Below are positions 1-6,256 of a stretch of DNA of 9,170 nt, in pieces. The stretch lies in assembly GCA_018985225.1 (NCBI GenBank), contig JADGIF010000409.1, forward strand, positions 1-9,170, given 5' to 3'. The position numbers and the translations under genes are program-made. The notes under the pieces were generated by a model. The model did not search any database, was not told where the DNA came from, and saw only the letters and a list, made by a program, of their open reading frames with translations. The stretch is from Amoeboradix gromovi X-113. Taxonomy: Eukaryota > Fungi > Sanchytriomycota. Each line of letters starts with the position of its first letter. Position 1 is the first letter of the stretch.

Positions 1-298
1 AAAAAGAGGAATACAATCAATGAAAGAAAATTGGTATAATAGAAGAAGATCTTTTATTAATGATATCCTCCGTATGGAGCACTTCCTATAAAAACGAGCT
101 AATCTAGTTTTTATACTTGGTTTCCCAAATATTTAATGGTCATAAACAGTATAGAATCTCACAGGAAATTTTATGGCGCAAGATAGTAGTCTAGATACTG
201 AATAAAGTAGTCAAGCTTATAATAGATATGATACAGCTTGATTGCATTACTGTCATTGTCCAACGAAAACATCGTAAATTTAAAACTTGGCCTAGTGA

Positions 299-1590
299 AT
301 GGCGGATGATATATCTGAAAAACTAAAAATAAAGATCGACCTAAAATCCGAGCTCAAAGCATCAATTACCACAAAAATACCAGAGGATCTAAAGACAAAC
401 ACTTTCATAGCCATCATTGGACAGCCTGTTCCAAACGCAGAAGATGGTCCAAAACCGATGATAGTGAATGCAGAGGACAACCCCGCCCTAATAAAACCAC
501 CAGACCAGGACCCAGAAGATGCCAGCCCAGGGTTCCATGAGAGAAAGGTCATGGATGTCCTGGATGCAAATAACGAGGATCCGTTCTCGCTGGATTCTTA
601 CAAGGAGCTGGTGCTGGCACACTGCGATGCAGAGAAAGACTACATAGTTGCGAGGGTAATAACCATGGACCCGAAGGACAGCAGCAGGTTTTACTACAGC
701 TATTACCCTGGCCATATGATAAACAAGGTTCTGTTCAGAACGCAGCCTGAGGAAGGGCTGCTCCACAGAATGAAGGCAAAGAATCCGCTGAACAACATGA
801 CCATTGTGGGGGATGTGTTTTACTACGCCATATCACACAAGGAAGTAGAGAAGATCAAAAAGGAGCTGATGGTCGAGAGCACAAACACATCTCCAGAGGC
901 TACAGGGCCAAGAAGAAGGGTGAAGCTGGGCGACAGGCTGAAAAAACAGCTCCACCAGTCCCCGAAGTCCACATATCTGGTTACTAGGCCGGATCTCCAC
1001 GACAACGCGCCGCTGAAAACTAGAAGGCCGAGTGCTGACGATGTGTTTTCGTACACTAAGACTGCACCGCAACCATTATCGCCCTCAAAGCTCTACAGCA
1101 CTCCGTCATTTTGGCAGGGATTCCAGGATACGCTCCGTCCCATAACATCTAAGACCCCGCACTCTGCACACGCCGAGGTTGTGATCGAGGACCATGTTGT
1201 CTCTCCCGTAAAGCAAACTTCGTACCTAAACGACCATGAATCGGTCACGGTTAGTGATTGGATCAAGCTGCACTGCATAGGTAATCAGAAGGTGCTTTGT
1301 TATTCACGTAGTCCCCTCAAATACTCTATGCGCACTACATAGGCGGCGATGATGACTTTCTTATGAAGTCCAAGTTTAGACAGTACTTTAAGAAGAACGC
1401 ACTAACAGAAGAGGAGGCTGTTCTGTACACTAGATTTATGGAGTCTTCGAATGACCATGAATCCAACGATGAGAACCATGGATCCCTTTCAATATTTCGT
1501 GTTAAATGGTCCCGTATCAGGGTCCTTGTCAAGTACACAATGGCGTTTGTCTTTCTGATTTTTGTGTATATATCACTTTATCGCGACTAA
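299..1590 (+). CDS. Conserved fungal hypothetical protein, DUF5092-like; two coding blocks (ORF 299-1342 and the frame containing ORF 1363-1590) joined by a short intron or frameshift near 1250-1342
   Basis: ATG at 299 opens a long ORF with a GC-richer coding composition. The motif EDPFSLDSY...YIVARVITMDP...FYYSYY.GHMINKVLFRTQPEEGLLHRMKAKNPLNNMTIVGDVFYY is recalled as DUF5092-type (microsporidia/early-diverging fungi). A second frame, open from 1312, reads SPQILYAHYIGGDDDFLMKSKFRQYFKKNAL... and ends in a hydrophobic segment (MAFVFLIFVYISLY) and TAA at 1588-1590. Several GT-AG pairs restore the frame (1292-1311, 1250-1311, 1281-1342). Confidence 0.72.
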
Positions 1591-1661
1591 TTTTATATTT
1601 ACATAATTAAGTGACGATTACAAGCGCATTCAATAAAAGTAAGCATTTATTACAATCTCAA

Positions 1662-3425
1662 CTACTCTTGGTAGTCCAAATGCTTGACTGAAGATTGTGG
1701 TAAGTATACGAACATACTTTCCATTTTTAATGGGTCTATAGCCTCTACGGTACCATGCATCAAATAGGTGCTAATTCTCTCTTTGGTATTTGTCATAATC
1801 TCTGAATATTTAGGTGTGCTTGTATCTAACAACCTAGGCTTCTCAATTGGGTTAAGTCTATAAAACTCCTCAACCTCTAATTTGCTATTTATTCTTTGCA
1901 ATGTCGACTCCAAGTATGATTTTGGCATGTTGTCAAATATCTTTTGTTTACATTCCAAGTCTCTAACCGAATCGGCATAAACTTTTTTACTACGTACCAC
2001 CCTGATGTCAAAATCATATTTCATAGCTACAATGTCAGCATTAGCTGCTTCTTTTTGTTTTTCTAGTTCTTGCAATTTGCGCCTGTAGTCTTTAACTTGC
2101 TCTACCATGCTACTGTATTTATTTTCAAATATCGACTTTTCATTTTCTAATATTTGAATTTCTTTTGCGAGCGATTCGTTTCTTTTATTATGATCCTCCA
2201 GATTTTCTTTTGCTCTTTTAACTTTATCAGACTCCTTGACTTCTTGTGGCGGTAGTGATTTGGGCTTTTGCAAAATATTAGACTTCATTTCTTCCAATTT
2301 CTGAATCAATTCGTTAGTCTCGGATTCCACGTTCTTTAGCACCTCATCGCTTATATCTTCGGCAGATTTTTCAATAGTGCTTGACTGCTGCAGTTTTGTT
2401 TTAATGCGTTGAATTTCTTCCTGGTATTCTCTAATTTTTGTATCTTTTGGGTCTTCATTGATTTTGGGTTTGTTTTTTATGTTTTTAGCTCTGTTCGCAT
2501 ACTTTAACGTGCTTAATGTCTCTTCGTAATTGTAATCTGCAGGTGAAATGGTTGCAATCATAATTGTTTTTGAATTTCCTCCTAATGCATCCTGTAGCAA
2601 TCTAGTTAATTTTGAATCTCTATAAGGCACATGAGGTTTGTTTTCTACCAGTGACGATATCACATTCCCAAGGTTAGATAGACTCAAATTGATTTTTGCT
2701 CCTTCTTTCAATCTGTCCCCTGTTGCACCAGTCTTAGATTGTCTTTCACTGCCCGCAAGATCAACCAAATTTAGTTTGCCTACCTTGACAGTTTGATTGT
2801 CCATAAGCTGCTCAACTGTAACGGTAAAAACGCAATGAGACCTACTGCTTTCGTCATTCATGTTGGTAGAAGCAACGCTACGTAACATATTACCTGTCTT
2901 CATTAACTTGTCCATGTCTTCTGGAGAATGAACAGGAACACTGGTTAGATCCTTGACATACACAGTTTTGTCTGGGTATTCCTTGAGCTCAAGTACAGGC
3001 TTGTCTTTGAGTAGTAAGTCGTGCAAATCTTCGTTGTACAGTTCTAGAAAAGAGCAGCGAATGAGAAATTGACTGTTAAGTTCCTTGATTTTATTAAAGA
3101 TATATGCAAAAGTATTTGGTATTATTCCTCGTAGTTCAGTCATTTCAGGAATACCCTGCATGGTAAATGTCTTTCCTGAGGAAGTTTGCCCGTAGACAAA
3201 TATGGTAGAATTATATCCATCTATTATAGCATCTATGTTTGATGAAATATTATCAAATATCTGATTTTGAGTAGACTCAGTTCCAAAAACATGATCAAAA
3301 GTAAATGATTTATCTTTAACTTTGATTTGATTAGATTGAAACTCAACAATGCCCGGTGATTTCATTGCTATTTCTTTTTTATTTAGTGGTCTGCACCGAA
3401 TAAAAACTTTAATGGACTCTGACAT
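1662..3425 (-). CDS. Kinesin-2 family (KIF3/KIF17/OSM-3-like) N-terminal motor protein, 587 aa, intronless
   Basis: The first ATG is at 3425 (MSESIKVFIRCRPLN); the ORF-track start at 3437 is a TTG. P-loop GQTSSGKT, switch I NDESSRSH, switch II DLAGSE, HVPYRDSKLTRLLQDALGGNSKT and the kinesin-2 neck KNKPKINEDPKD..IREYQEEI are present, followed by a coiled-coil stalk. Stop TAG at 1662-1664. Confidence 0.93.
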   Translation of the reverse strand: MSESIKVFIRCRPLNKKEIAMKSPGIVEFQSNQIKVKDKSFTFDHVFGTESTQNQIFDNISSNIDAIIDGYNSTIFVYGQTSSGKTFTMQGIPEMTELRGIIPNTFAYIFNKIKELNSQFLIRCSFLELYNEDLHDLLLKDKPVLELKEYPDKTVYVKDLTSVPVHSPEDMDKLMKTGNMLRSVASTNMNDESSRSHCVFTVTVEQLMDNQTVKVGKLNLVDLAGSERQSKTGATGDRLKEGAKINLSLSNLGNVISSLVENKPHVPYRDSKLTRLLQDALGGNSKTIMIATISPADYNYEETLSTLKYANRAKNIKNKPKINEDPKDTKIREYQEEIQRIKTKLQQSSTIEKSAEDISDEVLKNVESETNELIQKLEEMKSNILQKPKSLPPQEVKESDKVKRAKENLEDHNKRNESLAKEIQILENEKSIFENKYSSMVEQVKDYRRKLQELEKQKEAANADIVAMKYDFDIRVVRSKKVYADSVRDLECKQKIFDNMPKSYLESTLQRINSKLEVEEFYRLNPIEKPRLLDTSTPKYSEIMTNTKERISTYLMHGTVEAIDPLKMESMFVYLPQSSVKHLDYQE

Positions 3426-3544
3426 TTTATGTTTCAAATAGTAAACTGCAAGAAATGTTTCCGTAAAAATGCAACAGAATGAAAATAGACTTTAAAAAGT
3501 GCTGGAAACAGAAAGCTAGAACTCACACAGTGGGTTGATTCAAA

Positions 3545-3617
3545 AGGGTCAGCTGGGGATTGAACCCAGAATCTTCTGATTCGTAGTCAGACGATCTAAC
3601 CATTAATCCACAAACCC
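3545..3617 (-). tRNA. tRNA-Arg(ACG), intronless, 73 nt
   Basis: Minus strand GGGTTTGTGGATTAATGGTTAGATCGTCTGACTACGAATCAGAAGATTCTGGGTTCAATCCCCAGCTGACCCT. Acceptor stem GGGTTTG/CTGACCC (one G:U pair, one U:U mismatch), D-stem GATT/GATC, anticodon arm TCTGA-CTACGAA-TCAGA, T-arm CTGGG-TTCAATC-CCCAG. No encoded CCA; ends in a TTTT run resembling a Pol III terminator. Confidence 0.95.
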
Positions 3618-3663
3618 ATAAGACGATCTAAAATTTTTAGAGTAAATACACAAAAATAAATTT

Positions 3664-4075
3664 ATGCAAATATGTAAAGCCAAGTACGAGGAACATCTAT
3701 AAACACACAAAGAATCTAACATCTTCACTCCATCAGATACGAAAGTTTATCAAGAATAAGAAGTGATTAATTGTGAAGATGGCAAAAGAAAGCTATCCAA
3801 GTGGTGCCTTTTTGTGAACAAGGCGACATTAAGAACATCAAGACAGAACATGAAAATAGTTATCTGTTGAGATATTGCAGCATCTGCTCAATGCTAATAA
3901 GTCAAACTATTTTGAAAGAGATATTGCCAGTGCATTTTTCATATTGAAAAAAGGCTTTAAGGCACATTGTGGGACACACTCTGTAAAAAGTAGACTGGGG
4001 GTAAAAACGGGTGACGAGATTTACCCAGTTGAAATTTTCACAGTAGTGTCCCATATTTCTTCACCTAGGCAATAG
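3664..4075 (+). pseudogene. Degenerate, 5'-truncated Fanzor/TnpB-family RNA-guided endonuclease (RuvC-II, zinc finger, RuvC-III)
   Basis: Stitched frames: 3703-3756 THKESNIFTPSDTKVYQE / 3758-3796 KK*LIVKMAKESY / 3796-3807 SKWC / 3807-3890 PFCEQGDIKNIKTEHENSYLLRYCSICS / 3890-4075 NANKSNYFERDIASAFFILKKG... This matches the TnpB/Fanzor order V..xExxTSKxCxxC-(~20 aa)-CxxC-(few aa)-RDxxAAxNIL. It has four frameshifts and in-frame stops, and no RuvC-I or N-terminal lobe. Confidence 0.75.
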
Positions 4076-4183
4076 GCGAAACTACTTTATCAGTGATCCT
4101 TTGTTGCCATGTAGGTCTCACCATTCACGTCAATAGTCTTTCTACAAATCTAAAATAAAGACTGGATGAAAGGGCAAAAGGAT
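3968..4183 (+). ncRNA. Putative Fanzor omegaRNA scaffold (structured 3' region of the element)
   Basis: Three consecutive stem-loop domains. (1) TGGGACAC 3970-3977/GTGTCCCA 4046-4053, CTGT 3981-3984/ACAG 4040-4043, and ACTGG+GTAAA 3994-4005/TTTACCCAGT 4020-4029. (2) TTC-CCTA 4060-4067/TAGG-GAA 4073-4080 with a GGCAA loop. (3) ATCCTT 4096-4101/AAGGAT 4178-4183, TTGCC 4104-4108/GGCAA 4173-4177, TTCA 4124-4127/TGAA 4167-4170, AGTCTTT 4135-4141/AAAGACT 4157-4163. The position overlapping and following the nuclease C-terminus is where TnpB/Fanzor omegaRNAs lie. Confidence 0.5.
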
Positions 4184-4239
4184 AGCTATACAGACTATTT
4201 ATTTTTAAAATTTGGGTAAATTTTGTTTTGTCTAGTTTT

Positions 4240-4400
4240 TGTAGAGCATGTCCCATGTGTTTGCAACATCAAGACTCTTAAGATTAAGAAGAATAAGCTC
4301 ATTTTATGATAGATCTAGACCTAGCCATCCAGAGTATGTTAATTCTCAGGAAATCACTGATAAATAGAGAAGAAAGATCGGCAGCACAGTTCTCCAAATA
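4240..4400 (+). pseudogene. Possible second Fanzor-like C-terminal relic
   Basis: A single frame (that of ORF 4306-4524, extended upstream through three TAA codons) reads CRACPMCLQHQDS*D*EE*AHFMIDLDLAIQSMLILRKSLINREERSAAQFSK. This resembles CxxC...DRDxxAxxNMxxIxxSLxxxxERPxxFxR at Fanzor C-termini, with the RD degenerated to LD. Confidence 0.35.
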
Positions 4401-4547
4401 TTTCCTCAATGTGTGCAAGAAAAATATCTTCAACAACTCGGTAAACGTACAACTTAAGTTGATTCAACCTAAAATAGGATTTCAGCCAATCGAAGTGAAG
4501 CAAATTCCTTGCTACTACTATTAATCTGAACCAGGACAAAATCACAA

Positions 4548-5342
4548 ATGTTTGTGGTTTTTGCAGCTGTAAACGCACAGTACGGAGCATTTAACGACAA
4601 CAAGATTACTTCGGGACAACAAAAGCAAATGGTTGATTATTTTAACCAGGCAAGATCCCAAGTTGGATCCCCAAATTTACATTGGGACACGCGAATGGAA
4701 AGAGCCGGACTAGATTGCTTGAAAAGATATTCCAATGGTGGATTGAACCATGGAATATGTGGAGATTCAATAGGAAAAGCCAGCGGTTACGGTAGTGCGG
4801 GTGAAAATATCGCAACGGGAGATGGACCAAGTGCCGCCTTAACATTTGTTGGAGAGATATGTGAAGTGCGTAATTGGAATACGCTATTAAGACCAAGAAG
4901 TTACCAGTTTGATTCAAGTGTTGGTCATTATTCACAAGTAGTATGGAAAACCTCTGTCAAGGTCAGTTGTGTTCAAGTTACTTATGGCGGTGTTATCTAC
5001 TGTCACTTTGCGCCAGCGGGAAATGTGATATATTTTTCCGGAAATGCTATATCAAAGCTTCCAGATATTAACAAGTATTGCAGCAATGGTGTGTTTAGTG
5101 CCAAGAGGTTTAACAGTATTGTAATTCCTTCTCACGCAAGATTCACAAAGACTGCCTCGAAGGCTATACGTAATTATACTTTACCAAAACAAGCCTCTAC
5201 CTATATTGCGAAGTTTCAAACAGGGTCAACTTCAAAAAATTCGGATTCACCATCGCAAAGTGATTTATATGGAATAACATCATCTAGTGAATCATATACC
5301 CCAATACTTCTATCAATAGTTTTGACATGTTATCTTCAATAA
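4548..5342 (+). CDS. Secreted CAP/SCP/PR-1 superfamily protein with Ser/Thr-rich tail and possible GPI-anchor signal, 264 aa
   Basis: Short hydrophobic N-terminus MFVVFAAVNA. CAP motifs FNQARSQVGSPNLHWD, H...GENIA, GHYSQVVWKTSVKVSC and YCHFAPAGNV. Ser/Thr-rich spacer, then a hydrophobic C-terminus PILLSIVLTCYLQ. Confidence 0.88.
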   Translation: MFVVFAAVNAQYGAFNDNKITSGQQKQMVDYFNQARSQVGSPNLHWDTRMERAGLDCLKRYSNGGLNHGICGDSIGKASGYGSAGENIATGDGPSAALTFVGEICEVRNWNTLLRPRSYQFDSSVGHYSQVVWKTSVKVSCVQVTYGGVIYCHFAPAGNVIYFSGNAISKLPDINKYCSNGVFSAKRFNSIVIPSHARFTKTASKAIRNYTLPKQASTYIAKFQTGSTSKNSDSPSQSDLYGITSSSESYTPILLSIVLTCYLQ

Positions 5343-5858
5343 GCTGACGTTCCTGCATTCTATAGATCTTGAATGCCTCAAATAAATATAGATTATTCTA
5401 AACTTAAGAAATCTGCACGCTTGTATCAAACAACAGTTTTTAAAATTTGTCGTTGAATAGTTCTGGACTATGTGGTGATACGCACCTGTACTTAATGCTG
5501 CGCTCGTTTGTACTTATCGAAGAAACTTATTACCTACGCCAGTATACCGGCTAATTACACGAAGTACACTTCTGCAACAAGGCATATTGAAAGTGTTTTA
5601 AGAAGTACGAAAGCAGCACCAAGAAGATAAAAGGAAACAAAGATTTATATCTTTACTAACTTGTATTCTTCAAAACCATGCAAGTGAATTATATCCAACA
5701 TCTTCTGATCTTGCAGATTCTCGTTAAAAGTCCTGATTTCTGAGGAAACCGAGAATTTCCAGAGAAACTAGCAATGCTAGATGCTTGTTACAGTGATTGC
5801 TCACGCTTTCACTACCCTAAGGCAGGATTGAATAAGGATGCAGATACTTGGTGTATAT

Positions 5859-6078
5859 GTTCCTTGCTACCATATGGTCTCTATCTTCAAATGTCAATTG
5901 GTACAGGTGTAAGTTTCTAAGCCGGTTTTCTTTAGAGTACCACACCTTGTATATGGCATCGAATTTGTTCCTTGGTGCCGTGTGGTCCATGTCCACTTCC
6001 AAATGACACCATGTACATGAATAGCTCTCCAAATTAGTTTTCTTTAGAGTGCCACATATTGTACATGGTATCGAATTT
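5859..6078. repeat. Diverged tandem duplication, units of 108 nt (5859-5966) and 112 nt (5967-6078)
   Basis: 5925-5966 vs 6037-6078 match at 37/42 nt. At the other end, TGTTCCTTGCTACCATATGGTC (from 5858) matches TGTTCCTTGGTGCCGTGTGGTC (from 5966). The offset changes from 108 to 112 across the unit. Confidence 0.85.
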
Positions 6079-6124
6079 CCATGTTTGGACCAGTTTATGA
6101 GTCTGAGACGAATGTATGCTGTAC

Positions 6125-6154
6125 CTGTTAATTATTTATTTAGAATTGATTTAC
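6125..6154 (-). other. Predicted 30-nt spliceosomal intron
   Basis: GTAAATCAATTCTAAATAAATAATTAACAG: GTAAAT donor, AT-rich body with in-frame stops, and TTAAC branch-like motif fused to CAG. Phase-2 removal yields a TGG codon and an open frame. Confidence 0.6.
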
Positions 6155-6220
6155 CACTTTTGAAAAGGAAGAATATCGAGCATTTAAGCTATTAGAAAAA
6201 TCTGGAAAAGTCTTGAAATG

Positions 6221-6256
6221 ATACAAAAATATATACAAATTCGCATACAAATTCGC
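6221..6256. repeat. 12-nt tandem repeat ATACAAATTCGC x2 plus one degenerate copy
   Basis: Perfect copies at 6233-6244 and 6245-6256; ATACAAAAATAT at 6221-6232. Confidence 0.8.

Larger units (their letters stand above)
5817..6183 (-). pseudogene. Disrupted intron-containing gene for a tandem-repeat protein of unknown function
   Basis: ATG at 6183. Exon 1 (6183-6155) reads MLDILPFQK. Removing a 30-nt GT-AG intron (6154-6125) restores the frame (W-YSIHSSQTHKLVQTWKFDTMYNMWHSKEN). Then come a premature TAA at 6036-6034, a 4-nt insertion frameshift, the second repeat copy KFDAIYKVWYSKENRLRNLHLYQLTFEDRDHMVARN and TAG at 5819-5817. Decayed coding-like sequence may continue to ~5650. Confidence 0.5.

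Noticed and set aside
1-290. Short coding-like stretches at the window start
   Set aside because: All frames are closed by stops within ~30 codons and no motif is recognisable; upstream context is needed.
292-1538. Minus-strand ORFs 292-552, 488-766, 823-1056, 833-1072, 1093-1278 and 1335-1538
   Set aside because: Antisense shadows of the + strand DUF5092-like gene, with no recognisable motifs.
3426-3437. ORF-track N-terminal extension MKHK of the kinesin (and TTG starts at 3875, 6032 and 6837)
   Set aside because: These are TTG starts from a prokaryote-style caller. In this eukaryotic context the first ATG (3425 for the kinesin, 6840 for MMAA) is the plausible start.
4186-4240. Possible element termini (TATACAG at 4187-4193 as a Tc1-like end; CTAG-T at 4232-4236 as a Helitron-like end)
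   Set aside because: No matching inverted repeat or TSD was found at the other side, and there is no GC-rich subterminal hairpin directly before CTAG. The carrier transposon class cannot be assigned from one copy.
4354-4935. Minus-strand ORFs 4354-4590 and 4642-4935
   Set aside because: They overlap the CAP gene or the relic region in antisense and show no protein-like features.
5450-5630. Short + strand open stretches with moderate GC downstream of the CAP gene
   Set aside because: No consistent start or splice model and no recognisable similarity.
5737-5780. Imperfect hairpin TTTCTGAGGAAA/TTTCCAGAGAAA and palindrome CTAGCAATGCTAG
   Set aside because: Short and AT-rich, with no associated element ends or TSD; compatible with chance.
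5925-6078. 42-nt direct repeats with a 70-nt gap, superficially CRISPR-like (start GTTTT)
   Set aside because: Only two copies, 5 mismatches, and the apparent spacer is itself homologous to the sequence preceding the first copy. It is a tandem coding duplication in a eukaryotic context with no cas genes.
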